Of a stretch of 64,000 bases of DNA, positions 1 to 12,600 are shown piece after piece. Origin of the DNA: Raillietiella orientalis (lineage: Eukaryota); NCBI GenBank assembly GCA_036172245.1, contig JAYWIR010000005.1:5022001-5086000 (forward strand), written 5' to 3'. The stretch's first letter is position 1. Each line of letters starts with the position of its first letter. The notes beneath the pieces were generated by a model that was not told the origin of the DNA, ran no database searches, and saw nothing but the letters and a program-made list of their open reading frames with translations. The translations under genes and the position numbers were made by a program.

Positions 1-1450
1 CCAATGGGGAGACCCCTCCTGCGTTGATTGGCTGCGCTCACGCCCGGCGCTTGCCACCCTTCCCCCTTCCCCCTGCGTTGATTGGCTGCCTTCCCAAGTG
101 TCGGGGAACTGGACCCCTGCAGAAGAACGCTCCGAGCGATGATCTCCTCCGCCATCCGTGGTCTTCGATGAACCGCGGTCTCCAGCATCCGCATTCTGAG
201 GCGTTTCCGGGACGCCTCTCAGCTCCCCTTTGCTGGAAGGGACGTTCCAGAAAGGTGGACAGTCTCCAGCCTCGATTCCTTTTTTGAGGGATGCCTGAAT
301 AAAGGGATTAGCCCCTTAGAGTCAGGGATCGGCCCCTTCCCCTTCCGTCGTTTGGCCTCCGGTGGTCGGGACTTCTCCCCTGAAGCTCGCTTCGCCCAAG
401 AGTTCCTGAAGAGGGATCTGGAGGGTAAAATGGTTGCGGGCACCCCTTCATGGGAAGCTCGTCCTTCCCTCGTTGCCAGCTCATCAGAGAGAGCTGGACC
501 ACCGCTCGAGTGTCGGCGTCTCTCTCTGGTGACAGAGCCGGAGACCCTCCGTGATTGGCAAAGAGGGCGTCTAAGCCCCTCTCGCCGACGCTAATCTGCA
601 TTTCCGCCAGTGAGCGCTCGTCCATTTGATTCCGTCTCCTCCTCCTCCCCATTACATCCCCCCAACAGACCGGAGCGAACCTTCTTTGAACTCTCCCGGA
701 AGCCTCCGCACGTCGCTCCTTGTAGTTCCCGAGCAGGGTGCGTTTCTGGGATGCTGGATTCTTTAGAACACCAGCGACTGCTACCGTCTTTTGCTTTTGT
801 TCTCGCTTTTTCACCCCAGCGATCCTCCAGGCGCTTCAGCAAAGCCATTGTCTCTCTTAGTAACGCCTTCTGCCACTCAGGGCGCTAGGGTCGCGTTCCC
901 GATAGCGCGCCGAAAGTCGTTTCGTGGGCTGGACGCCCCTTTCTCGATGCGCGATGAGCCGGAGTCAGCGGAAGGAAAGATGCCAGGAAACAAAAAGAAG
1001 GAAAATGGAAGGGACAAGAAAGGGGAGGAGGAGGGTAGGGGAAAGGAAACGTGTGGTGTGAGGGAGGCTTCCGCACAGGAAAACGCGTGAGAACTTCCCA
1101 GATGGAGCGCATGCTCAAATGGCAACTCGTGTTTTAAGACTGGTAATACGGAAGAGTATCCCTCAATTTTCCCGGATGCTCCGGTAGAAATGCCTTCGGA
1201 TGCTGCGTTGTCAGGACATTTTCTCTCCAAGCAACTCGTAGCGAGGGCAGGCAGGAGCGAAATCATTGCGTACTCTGGACCGTGGACGGAGCTCCCCTCC
1301 GGCGAAGAAGGCACACATCAGTGCGCGTCGCCAAGGAAGCTTATCCAGGACGTTTCTGTGCTTCCTAGGCGTGCACCACGTGACCATCCTGGTCAAGCAT
1401 CCTCCTACCTTTCACTCCGCAAAAGAATAAGAGGAACGAAGGGGAAAACC
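1..1450 (-). mobile_element. Decayed N-terminal region (Zn-finger/Myb-like) of an R2-like RLE non-LTR retrotransposon, running off the left edge
   Basis: Minus-strand pieces across frameshifts: YSSVLPVLKHELPFEH..FSC and FPSADSGSSRIEKG..RNDFRR (degenerate C2H2-like), then EWQKALLRETMALLKRLEDRW..VAGVL..KRT..KERR (Myb-like as in R2). Many stops; boundaries approximate. Confidence 0.4.
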
Positions 1451-1992
1451 AAAAAAAAAATCGGCACTCTCTCGCTCCCGTGCTGGAGAACGTGGAACCG
1501 TGCGCGGCGTGCGTGCCCTACGCCCGCGGTCACCCTTGAGAGCACCGAAGCGCGAAATCTTCGAGCCGGCCAGAGGAAGGTTCTTTCCGGGTCGAGGAAG
1601 GAGCGTTGGGCACGCAAAACACTCCCGGGGGAGCCTGGGGAGGTGACCGGACATCGACATGGCGCCGCGAAAGGGTTCGAGGCGGACATTCCTTCTGGAA
1701 AGTCTCCGGCTCGAGTCCTCCTTCCCCGCTCCCGGTGGTGCGAAGATTAGGACATGCCCTCTCCGCTTCGTCCCCTCTCTCCTCTCCAAAAGTTTCTCCG
1801 GCTCCTGCCTTCTTCGAAATCCCCTCCTCTTCCTCCCAGGACCGAACGTGGACCACGCGTATCGGCCTACCTGCTCTATCGGAATGCATCCCTCGGATTC
1901 CCTCAGCGTCAGCATCTCTCGAGAGCGGGTTGCTCAGGTTTCCTCCCGTGCCCTCGGGGTATCCGACCATCCCGAGGAGAAAACCTCAGAAA

Positions 1993-2019
1993 CAGCAGCA
2001 GCAGCAGCAGCAGCAGCAA
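1993..2019 (+). repeat. (CAG)8-CAA microsatellite
   Basis: Read directly: cagcagcagcagcagcagcagcagcaa. Confidence 0.95.
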
Positions 2020-2370
2020 AGGAGTTCTGCCGCGCCTGTGACCCCCACTAAGCAAGAGCAAGCGGCAAGAAGAAGGAGTTTCTCAACCGGCGCTCGAGAG
2101 GTGCAAAAGCCCTCTCTTCCGGTCAGATTCCCCGTCAAGTACCACGGGCAAGAGTGTGCTCCACGAACCGATTCTTTCCAGTGTTGTGTCCGACAAGTAC
2201 CTTTCGTCTCCGAGTACCCCCGTACGACGGAAGATTCGACCAAGGGGCGGCGGTCGCCCTTCCCTCCCCTTCTATCCCTCTTCCTCTCCTCCAGATCCCC
2301 CCCCCCCGTTCCGTGTGCATGTGAGCGCGCGTGCGCGCGCGAGTGTTTTTGTTTGTCTTGTTTTCCTCAG

Positions 2371-2547
2371 CTGCCTGTAACCAAGGTCATGTCAATTCCT
2401 CAGTTCCACTCTTGGCACTGGTTGCCGGGGTAGTCGATGCAGAGTGCTTGAACGAAAAACTGGCGACAGGCAATTCCACACTGCTGCGCCTTTTGCGCAA
2501 GGAGATCGCTCACAATCAGTCGAGAGAAAGGGACGCGTCGGAGGAAG
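2371..2547 (+). CDS. KCNQ: Candidate KCNQ linker exon (between helix A and helix B)
   Basis: Acceptor ttgttttcctcag|; open 177-nt phase 1-1 exon ending ...QSRERDASEE-g|gtctca. It joins the 5668 exon in frame to give ERDASEEDDDEELG. The donor is weak and there is no recognisable conserved motif. Confidence 0.35.
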
Positions 2548-2999
2548 GTCTCAGATTTTTTTTTTGTGTTCTCTCTCCCTGCATCATCACCTGGAATGAT
2601 CACGCAGAGCTTTCCCCTGAGAGCCTTCGTACGAGCGGAGCGGAACTCTGCTTGCAGCTCCGAGAAGCATCGCATTGCCCTGCATCTGAGCATACTCTTC
2701 GCCTCCCTCCCCCCTTCTTCCCCTCCTCCTTACCCGCCTGCCCTTTCCGTCCTTCTCCACGGCGCACGAGGCATCACTGCACTTCTGGCGATTGCCACGC
2801 ATGAGCAGAGCAAGAGGGACGTGCGATCCCGACGGAGCTCGTGGAGACCCACTCGCCACTCTGCGGCTTCGGGACAACCCGTCCGACCTCCTCCCCTCTC
2901 CCCGTGCGGCAAAGGTGAACCCGAAACCCGGCGGCCTCTCCCTCTCGCGCTTCCCCTCCTTGGATCCGCGGCGCTTCTCTGGTTTCACGGATCCCCCTT

Positions 3000-3620
3000 T
3001 CGCCGGCGCCTTCTGGAGAGCCATGGGTGCTGCCGACCGGAAAGAACAAAGCGGAACGTTCTAGAAAGGGGAGGGGGGGGGCGTGACCCACCCCCAAGTC
3101 CGACGGTCGGCTGCTTGCTTCCAGCGGAGCGGAAGCGTGGGCGGTTGTGCGGGAGGGAGGGAAAACCAGCGGAACGTCTCCGAAAGATGGCTAGCTACCC
3201 TTCTCGCGCCCTCCACTGGAATCATTTCTCGAAGGAACAGGGAGACCCATTCTGGGAGGAAATAGGAGGATCGTTCCCGGATCAGGTGATGCTGCTGATG
3301 TGACCAAAACTCCTCCTAGGATTCACAACGGGCTCTTCTCATTCGGCGCGCTGTGGTTCCTGCAGAGAAAGCCGTGGCGGCAAAGCAGAAGGCGAGGAAG
3401 TGCCGTCCTATAAGTCGACTGTTGGCCACGCGGAAAAGAAGGCAAAAGTCCAGCAGGCGATCGCAATAGTTCCCGATTACCGATCCCTGGCAGCGTGGCT
3501 GTGGCTGCTGATCAAGTTGCGGGGACGAAAGCTGGGCATACGGGCCACCTTTCGGCTGAAGCACCGAAAGCACTCCGTCATCCCCATGCTTGTTGAACCT
3601 CCCCACAGTTCCAACCGCTG
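3000..3620 (+). mobile_element. Decayed RLE endonuclease region of a non-LTR retrotransposon
   Basis: Motif remnants in order across frameshifts: FPDQVMLL (RPDLV-like), AAKQKARKCRPI (A..K..KY-like), AIVPDYRSLAAW..KLGI (VVGSLGAW..LGI-like). Confidence 0.35.
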
Positions 3621-4559
3621 GCACGAGCAAAGTGACCCTAGGAGGCGAGAAAAAGGGGGGAGATTTTCCGAGATAGTCGTACGACAGCGGAAGCTGGGTA
3701 TGGAGTCTCTGGGAATGCGGTTAGATGCAAGCTTCTTCCGTGTTTCCTTTTCTTTTCTTCAAGACCGTAAAAACCAGGAAATCAAATCTATGAGCGCGAG
3801 GACATTCTCATGCATCAAGAATTGCCCTTTCTGCGCGTGAGGTTCGGCTCCCAAGTTGCATCTGCCCACTGGAACACGAGTCGAATGATTGAAAGCCGCT
3901 TTCGAAAAGAGAACCGGTCCAGTGGACTGGATGGAGAACAATGTCCTGTCAGCGCCAGGATTGCCACAGGATGTTAGCAAAGCATAAACAGGATGCGCGG
4001 AGAAAGCACATAAAGAAAGAGAAGAACGTCGGACTCGACGACGCGTCCTCCTCGTTGTGGGGATCCAACAGAAAGACTGAAAATGTCCTTGGAACGCTAT
4101 CGCCTTTCGTAGATAAAGGGGTGCATGCTCCGCGGTCGCCGAACAGGGGTAGCGTCGAGCAAGCACGCTGCCAGGACATCAGAACCCGGCATGCTAAAAT
4201 CCTGCTTTGGAACCGGCCGTCCGTTGGCTCAGCAAGTCGTGGACTTTGGAATGATGGCGCACGTCACTCTGCCATCACCAAAACCACCACAACGCATGGG
4301 AGCTTGGGAACCTCTGACGAATCACGTGCTGATCCATCCTTCGATAAACGGTGGACCCGTGTTGCGACGAAAGAACACCGATTAATTCATCGAAAGTGCT
4401 ATCGTCTTGCGTGTATCGGAAGGGCCGTGTGTCGTGGGCAGGATCACCGGGCGTCATTGACATGAGGGGTTCGCTTCTTCTTTGACAAGCTTTCTTGCAT
4501 GCTTCTCCTGGGCAGTGTTTCAAACTGTGGTCCATACGTGCTATTGCAGCTTTCTTTTA

Positions 4560-4820
4560 TCAGTCACATGCTCATCATACGTACAGCATGCATCTACACA
4601 GTCATCACGTGTACGCACACTTTTGTACATGCATACACACATGCATCTGCATTCTCACACATGTTTGTGTAAAAAAATTGCATGCATTTTTTTCAAAGCG
4701 ATTTTCAGCTGTGCATTTGTGATGTACGGAGCGATGTATGCAACGAATCTCATGCGCAGTAACGCAAGTACACGCACATATCTATCTCATTATGATATAC
4801 ATGTTTACACCATGGATACT
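4560..4820. repeat. Degenerate alternating purine-pyrimidine (CA/TG/ATGC-rich) low-complexity tract
   Basis: Runs such as acatgcatacacacatgcatctgcattctcacacatgtttgtgt and gtacacgcacatatc. Confidence 0.6.
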
Positions 4821-5667
4821 GAGTATGTGGGATGTTTTTCGGTGAATGAAAAAATGGCACGTGAATAACCGGAGAATTCAGCCAACACCCTTCATCAACT
4901 CTGGTGCTCCCGAATTTTCGAATAGCCCAAGGCAAACTGTCTGTTTCCTCGCTGCAGTGTTACCAGCTTGAGCTGGCGCGACTAAGCAAATCGCTGAGGC
5001 ATTTTTCGATCCGCTTCCCGCGAAAAAATTCCAATCAGACCAAATCGAAACTGAAGTTTACTAAAACTAGAGAGGGATATCGTCACATCGATCTGCGCTT
5101 GCAGCCTCCGTTCTACGTTAAACGTATCTGCAAACCATCCGCAACACCAAAGTAAGTGAATTATGCCTTGGCTGTCGGTCTAATTGCTCATCAGTTGAAG
5201 CCTTTTTTTTTTTATTCGATATGGAATTTTCATTTTTGCTTCCTTGGCCGATAAAAGCGAAAATATGCTATAAACAGAAAAAAGCTGGAAACATCACAGT
5301 AGAAGAGATCTTAAGTAGGTTTGGGTGGGAAGATAGGCACGAAAGCCTAATCGTGTTTTTGTTCCCTCTTTCCTTTACAACACAATTTCGACAAAGGTGC
5401 CTGCGCCGTCTGGAGTCTATGATTAATGTGTTTGCAAACGACGAGAGCATTTAATAATGCATCTTGATCGAGATAAACCGTACTGCTTGCATCCTCCTGA
5501 TGCATACCCGTCGCTTTTCCTTACACTCGCTCGTTGCCGCGGATCCTTGAATGATGAATGCCTCGAAATCTCCGCGACTATCATTACGGTACTTTCGAAA
5601 GCATCGCGACGCTCGGTTTTCGCATCCTCCTTTTCCTGTTTTGTTTTAATTACATATTCCTTGTCAG

Positions 5668-5738
5668 ATGACGATGAAGAGCTGGGCATATCCCACCTTA
5701 CGAACAATCACAAAATCTGCATCCGATTTACAAGGAAG
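5668..5738 (+). CDS. KCNQ: KCNQ (Kv7) potassium channel exon, start of calmodulin-binding helix B
   Basis: Acceptor ttccttgtcag|, donor aag|gtaagc. Encodes (D)DDEELGISHLTNNHKICIRFTRK, matching the KCNQ helix B pattern LT..HK..IR.IRK. Confidence 0.9.
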
Positions 5739-5788
5739 GTAAGCATCCACGTTTCCACTTGGAGAGTGAACATGGATTTTGATTTCAG

Positions 5789-5916
5789 TTGAAATATTTT
5801 GTGGCCCGGAGGAAATTCAAAGAAGCTCTGAAACCTTATGATGTGAAAGATGTCATCGAACAATATTCTGCTGGTCACGTAGACCTGGTCAGCCGTGTAA
5901 AAAGTCTGCAATTAAG
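5789..5916 (+). CDS. KCNQ: KCNQ exon, helix B to helix C
   Basis: Acceptor gatttcag|, donor ag|gtcagg. Encodes [42 protein letters not shown](R), the hallmark KCNQ C-terminal motif. Confidence 0.97.
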
Positions 5917-6029
5917 GTCAGGAACTTTTCCTAAAGTTCGAACTCTGTGCAGTCAGAAGGGTGCTTTTCATTCTTCACTATCAATCTCCTGAGCGAAAAC
6001 TTGCACCGAGCACCACATATGCGTTCTTA

Positions 6030-6800
6030 CGTGCGTTCAGGTTTTGATAAATCGTTCTTTTCGAATTTTCTGGACTCCGCAGAAACCTCTGCATTAGCAA
6101 CCGCAGAAGAGGCGAGCAGTGGGAAGATTTCGTTAGTCCCTACAGAATGATGAATTGTTTCTTTCCGTTCCAAAGGTTCCTGAGAACCGAATGCATCTAT
6201 TCCCGTCCACATGAGAGTTTTGTCCCTTATATTGTAATCCTGTTGGTGATTCCTAGGTGTTCGCAAATGTATTCCGTGTACCTCCTTCGAGAGATTTGAG
6301 TCCTTACTTTGGAGGAGGTCAGAAATCGTGATAAGGTGTTTCGTTGTTCTTCCTTTGCAAACATCCTTTCTGATCACAAATCCATGATGGTGCTGATCTG
6401 AAAGCGAGGAATCAGGCAAGAAATTCGAGGTCATCTTTGAAAATTTTTCCGTGAATCCGAGGTTCGAGATGCGTCAGAAGGAATTCTCCTTGAAAAAAAA
6501 AAAAAAAAGGGGGTTGATGGCATGCGATCGAATAATCAGAATTGGAATCAAGCGGAGGAGTAATTCTAAAACGAGAGCAAAGTACCAGTAAAGCAAGATG
6601 AGCCACAGACAAGTTATGCTTGATCTGTCCATAGCGGAAACCCAGCTTTCACCACATTCCAAGGAAAGTTCACTTTTGTTCCCATGCTTTTGGAGCATCC
6701 AGAACATGGCTCCTGTCGACAAGAACCCACACCGTGAGACTTGATGGATCGAGAGCCACGAATCGGCATCCACCAGATTCCAATGCTGCGCAATCAAATC
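6030..6800 (-). mobile_element. Highly decayed non-LTR reverse transcriptase fragment (intronic)
   Basis: Minus ORF 6027-6434 has faint RT-order remnants (QHHHGFV..R; ISDLLQSKDS; SVGTNEIFPLL). Confidence 0.25.
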
Positions 6801-8019
6801 ATCTGACATAGCCTTTTGCTTCTGAGATCACTCAGACCAAATAAAGCGATTTTACCGGGTGCAAAAAAAAAAAAATCAGTGTTTTCCTTGTATTTGGCTC
6901 CGTGGGAACGAACTGCGTACTCTCTGAGCACCTGCATTCGGATTTGCGAGATAGTGTCCTCCGTGCCCATGACATTTCGCATCTCTTTTACTCTTACACT
7001 TCTGTTGCCACCAAACGAAAAAAACAAAAAGAAAGCATAGAAATATGAAGCAAAGATGTCTCGTAATTTTTTGAGGTAAGGAGAATCCTCAGAGTGCTTA
7101 TGCAATGATGAAGGCCTGGAATCACGGAATGTGTGCCAAGAAACAAAAGGCACCATCAGCATTCCCAATGAAAAGTAACTTAGCAACATAATTATCAGGA
7201 AAATCACAAGAAGCGGTAAACGTCTATGGAACTCACGGGACTTAAAAGGTCAAACGGAGTAATTAGAAGAGGAAGCATTGTGCTAGAAACTTATGAAAGC
7301 CGTTAAAATAGAAAGGTCTATTTTGATTGCATGAGGTTAGAGTAACCGACCATCCAGAGAGACGGTGCCTATGGAGAGAAGTAAGACTAGTAAGGAATAA
7401 AGAATAGGGTTGAAACAATCAGGGATGAAAAAGTAAGAGTAAAAAAACAGGAGTAGAGGAGGTCAATGAAGCATTTTTTGTGTCTTGTAGATGGATAGCA
7501 CGAAAATGAGGAAGCCAAATGGACGACAAAAGGGGTTGAAAAAAGCAAAAAGAGAGAGAGAGAGCATAAAACAGAATCTACGGAGCAGTGATTCCAAAAG
7601 AATCAGTTCCTTCGAAGGAAGAAGGCAATGAAAATTTGGGAGCAGTGGGAAACAAGAATGAAATTCTAACACCTCTTTTGCTCCAAGAGTTAACCGTATT
7701 ATTCATTTCTGGGCAAAAGACATGGACAACACTGTTTATAAAATGGTACAGAACCCAAAGCCTAACGGGCATCTGGAAGTTTAAAGAGCACTTTGAAGAA
7801 AAATGTAATAACGATAACCGGCAGCATAAACAAATGCAAAATGCCTGCAAAAAAAGAAACAAAAAGGGAATAGTAGAACCTTCGCAATAGTCTTTAAGAA
7901 AAATTTTAAATAAATCTTACATACGAGGTGATTATGGAATTCTTCTTAGTTCGTAGTAGATTCTCACTTTAATGAAGCAATGCAAAAGCCTTTCCGTGTC
8001 CATACCGAATCATTCTAAA

Positions 8020-9200
8020 TTAAAATTCCTCTCTGTAAACCCAGAAAGGCATTTTCTCTGCTTCAGATGAATTCCTTGGAATTACCGTATCCGACAGATC
8101 GCAAAATTGATGCAGTGCCATCGACCAGTGCGAGGACTTCTCTAAAACGAGTTTATTAGCAAATGGCTGCGAACTCAGGGTTATCATCGAGACGTCAATT
8201 TCTTTTCTTTTTTTTTTGAAAAAAAAAAAAAAAAAAAACCCTTTAAATGAATTGCTCCGAATGTTCTTCAGGGATTGTGCCGTGCCGATCTCACTATTTA
8301 TCGGCACGTCATGTTTCCATTTCCTAATGTGAAGAGAGGAATAGCAAACTTTCCTTGGCTTTCCTCCGTCTTCCAGTGAGAAGTGATGTTCCAAAATATT
8401 TGCCGTGCTCCCAAAACTAATCCGCAGCTGACTGCCTGTGTGGTCAGTTGAGTAACTATTGATGCCATAAGCAGCTTCTGTGTATTTAAGAAGAAATGTA
8501 TTGTCTGATGAGACCTCCCTTTCATCGATTGAAAGTTCATCCATAATACTCTCGGCGCCCTTGCAGTAGTTTTTTTCTTTCCTTCTAGTTTTGTATTAGC
8601 TTACATTCCATTAGACCTCATGTCAAATCCCGTAGATAACGTATAAAAAAACGAACGCATCCCGCCTCATAGGCTGTTTTAGACAAATTAGTCCGCCTCT
8701 CCTACTCTGCCTTCCTGCTGATCCCGATACCTGTTCCATGATTAGTGGACACATCACTCTGAAGTAGGCCATCAAAATGCCTTCGCCGTCAGCCAGATAA
8801 GTACACGTGAATGAAATCCACGCGGATAATACAAAACTGCCTAATCGCTTCATTAATCTCTGTTTAGCCTTTCTCTCCACCTTTTCCATTTCCAAGAGGT
8901 TTTAGAGATCTTCGATTTTTCTTTACGTCCCCTGAGTCCGTTCTCGTGCCCGTACGCCCAAAATGTCGCCTCCAAGCTGTTCATTATCTTCGGTTCTTTT
9001 CCGCGGAGCCGAAGAGTGATTCTCTCGCTGAAAGACCCCGTTGTTTCCAGGATTAGATGGATGACACATCGTGCTTTATCGCATTTTAGATGCACCCACA
9101 CATGGCTGTGCATTTCTAGAAGAATCTGTAAATCATTTAGCCAGCGGCCACGAACTTTCAGTAGGTGCGCAACTGTACCAACGGCAGCACTAGATGCGTG
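8020..9200 (-). mobile_element. Decayed RTE-like LINE reverse transcriptase fragment (intronic)
   Basis: Minus ORFs 8623-8895 and 8020-8544 carry RT-order remnants (ISFTCTYLADGEGIL..EQVSG; LKYTEAA; QLRISFGST; VCYSSLHI..EIG). Confidence 0.35.
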
Positions 9201-9699
9201 AGCATGTCTGCGGTGAATCAATAGAAACAGGGATCGAGCTGCTCCTACCGTTTTCTCGAGAGGTCGTTCGAAGATTCGAGAAGATCAAGTTTTCACTCGA
9301 TCTGGGAGTAGGATGATGCACTACGCGCTCTCTGTGTTCAGTGAACATAAAGAAATATCATATTGATTCATGGAGGATGCTCAGCCCCTGAACAGATTTC
9401 GCCCGTGGTTTGCACGGAAGGAATGCGGGGGGCAGCAAGCGGTTTTGCAGTGCTTTTCTTTTCGGATGGGAAGCGTTTTCGGAGGTCAACTTCATTCCTG
9501 GTCAGCTGGCAGACGTTTGCTTCCTTTGCACGCAGTTCGCTCTCAGTCAGGTCAAAGTCATTACTCGCCGTGCATTTTGCATTTCTGCGTCTGTCATAAT
9601 CTAATTACAGTTTAACCGCATACACTGTGGATAACAGTACAAAGGCTATTCGCACCCATTGCTTCTCATCTGCTTCCTTTCAACGCATTTCAAAGATGT

Positions 9700-11800
9700 G
9701 TTCGTTGATGGGACTGAGAGTCTAAATTATTCTCGGCAAACAATCTATATAGCACCCTTCCCCCCCGTGTTCGTTGAATAATTGAAGAACAACCGAGGAA
9801 TCCAAAATCAATCGACATTTTCGAGTGGCTGATTAATTTCCTCGGACGATTCCTTATTCGCTTTGGTCCAGCCGTGCAAGATTTGTTCCGCTCGTACAAT
9901 GGTTCAGCGCATGGTGGAAACGGTAGACAGAGGAATCCGAAAGTTGAGGGTCATTAAAGAATAGGTTGATTTCGTATTGGTATGGCATCCATTTCTTTTA
10001 ACCACATCATGTAGTGAGGATGTTGGTGATTTCATTCATTGGCTGGGGTCTGTGGATAATTTTTTAGCCAGATGGTTTAGGTCTTTTCTGTACGAGGAGC
10101 AAGTAATGGAGAAACTTTCATCCCTTCCCGGATAAAGTGGGTCTTTCCTGTAACGAACAACGAGGCAGAATTCATCAAGCTGTGATGAAACAAGCGAGCC
10201 AAACTGATTTCGTTAAGACCTCACTCATGAGATCCTGCAGAAATGCTCCCGTTATTCCCTGGGGCTTATCACTCGAGTGGCTTGTGTTTGGGATCGTTTT
10301 CCAGGTATTTATTGGTTCGGTATTCCCATCGCATCGATGAAGCACGTGCGTCGAGGATGCCAATTTGTGTTCATCTAGAAGTGCTGGTTGTCAAGAGTCT
10401 CGGTGGGCCATTCAAAAGCGACCGACTGTTGGTTATCCTTGCCAATGAATAGCGGATGTGGAAGCCGGGAAGCGTTTCGAGTGCGCAACATCTGCCCAGC
10501 GTTGAGATGACAGTTGGTCCTTGCGATGTTTGCTGACTGGACTCAGAGATTGTCTCGAATTTGGGCATCCACGAGACTTCCGAATCCAAAGCGCGCGGGA
10601 GATGCCGCGATTCCTCGATGCCTTCGAAAAGACCGCGCCAGCGGGAAGATCCGCACGGTTGGATTCTGCAAACGCGTAGCTACGGGCACTGATAGGGTGG
10701 TGGCTAGGTTCCAATGGCTCGTGACAGCTCTTACGTGGGGGACGAGCCGGAGGGGGCACTGCTGTTGAAACAGGTGACGAACGTCGCCTTCCGCCCTCAT
10801 CTTTCGTGCCTTTGCGAGGACGGAGCCATTCTAAAAACGCGGAGCAGGGACAGCTACTTGAGGTCTGCACGAAGAATGCAAAATGTGAGAAGGAGCCATC
10901 TCCGACCGCTCAGCCATGTCACGCTTTTGGCCAATCGCCGCGTGGGAATTTTAGTTTGTTCGTTTGCTGGGCAAAGAAGCAAAAAAAAAAAAATACCGCA
11001 CTGGCCTTCACATTAACCGGTCAAAGGGTACTGGGCATCGTCGTCGTCTAAGCAGTTTGGCAGGCACCTGGACGAGACCCTGAAGAAGATGGGAAAAGTA
11101 GGGATGAACCTAGGTCGCTGTCCTCTTTCCTGCTTTGGCTCCTTCCGGTTTGCTTGCAATCAAATGGAGTCTTTGAATGCAGGTGCACTTCGAGTACCTT
11201 AACTTGCATAAAGGAAGCAACCATCCCTGGAGGTGGATGGTCCTCCAGCAGCGAAACCTCGCCCAACAACCGGGACAGAGCCGTTCCTGCCATCTTCCGG
11301 CGATCCTCCGCCGCAGGATGGCAGGTTCTTCGGGTTCCGGCGAGTATGAGGGTAACGACGGTGCACGCAGAAGCTTTTTGGGGGGAAGGGAGGGGGGGAA
11401 TCCTCTGGACCTGCATCGTCCACTAAGGGCCTGGAAGTTTGATGCGGAGGAGGTTCCATGCAAACAGCCTCAGGGCACGATTCAGTAGATACCAATTCTC
11501 CGGAGAAATGGGTACGTTCAAACGGGTGTTCCCGTTGAAACTTTTTTCTGATGGATGCACATGTGGGCACGTGAGTGCACGAGTAAGAAAACCCTCTAGT
11601 AACGGGAAGGATATGCGTAAGGAAGCGCGCGTAAAGCCTGTGCTCTTACAGTGTACGTACACGGATACCGAGGAAGGAAGTGCACGTTCCGCACCGGCCA
11701 AACGTGACATCAACACCAACTTTCGTTTCCTCTCTTCTTTTGCCTTTTTCTTGTTGCAACTTGTGCTCAGGCTGAGGGACGCACCGGTTATCATCAAAAT
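9700..11800 (-). mobile_element. Decayed non-LTR retrotransposon (RT region, probably RLE/R2-like; intronic)
   Basis: Minus-strand remnants in canonical order: LARITNSRSLLNGPPRLLTTSTSR (LA.IFN..L..G.P..LK.SRT), GAFLQDL (FLD..KAF), VKEMDAIPI..NLFFNDP (GVKQGDP.SP.LFN..DP). Confidence 0.45.
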
Positions 11801-11819
11801 GCTTTAATCAGAACCCTTT

Positions 11820-12600
11820 CGGGAAAAAAAAAAGAAAAGAGGACAAGAGCCAGCAGCGCAAAGCAAGCGTGTGGTCCTTCGACAGACGATGTCGCCTAGA
11901 GGACTCACCGATCTCCTCGCCCTCCTTTCGCGCGATTGTCTCCCGCTGTACGGACGGAGTGAGAGTTCGACCGCGACTCCCGCTGGACACGCGCCTTCTG
12001 CGTCAGGGAGGACGGTTTCTCGATCCTGCGCCGGCGTACTCAGCCTCCGTTACCCGAACGTAGAGGGGTTGCTGGCCCCGTCAGCATGCGCAGTCCTGAG
12101 GCGTCGCGCCTCAAAGGGAAAGGCAGAAGGAGCAGCGGAGTTCCGAGGGTGCTTGGAGGTGGGCGAGCAGGAAGGAAGGAACGCCCTGCCCCATCCGTAG
12201 GGAGTTTCCTCAGTCAATCGCACAGATAGCCAGTGGCTCTCGTTCCGTGCGAGAATCCGCCCCCATGTGGCGTGCCTTTCCTTCCACACGTTTATGGGCG
12301 GCTTGTAAGGAACTGCTGTGTTCTATGGGCAGCTACCGTTGCACTGGCCTCCCAACTCGGATCTCCTTTTCACCCAGAGTAGCATAGCAACGCTATTCTC
12401 GCTTGCTTTCAACCAGCAGGTGCCGCGGCACCTGATGGTTGGAAGCAGCCACTCGAAAGACAGCATCCTCCACCAGAGTGGTTTTGTATTTGCGGTGCCA
12501 GGCGAGCGATCCTTCCTTTTTAAGGATCTGAGAGGGAGAGCTGCCTTCCGGACTGCTTCTTTCGGGAGAGTAGAAATGAGAAGAAGGTCATGGAAGGTAA
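11820..12600 (-). mobile_element. Decayed L1/Tx1-like LINE 3' end (zf-RVT-like Cys motif)
   Basis: Minus strand: VWKERH..ESHWLSVRL, then FLLAHL..SELRCSFC...DC; ends in a T-rich tail (A-run on + at about 11824-11839). Confidence 0.4.

Noticed and set aside
1606..3303. 275-aa and 245-aa plus-strand ORFs as single-exon genes
   Set aside because: Low-complexity GC-rich sequence including microsatellites with no domain signal; only sub-segments were kept as candidate exons.
8500..8540. Hammerhead ribozyme cores at CTGATGA/CTGACGA sites (also about 24000 and 44875)
   Set aside because: None has a paired stem II followed directly by GAAA.
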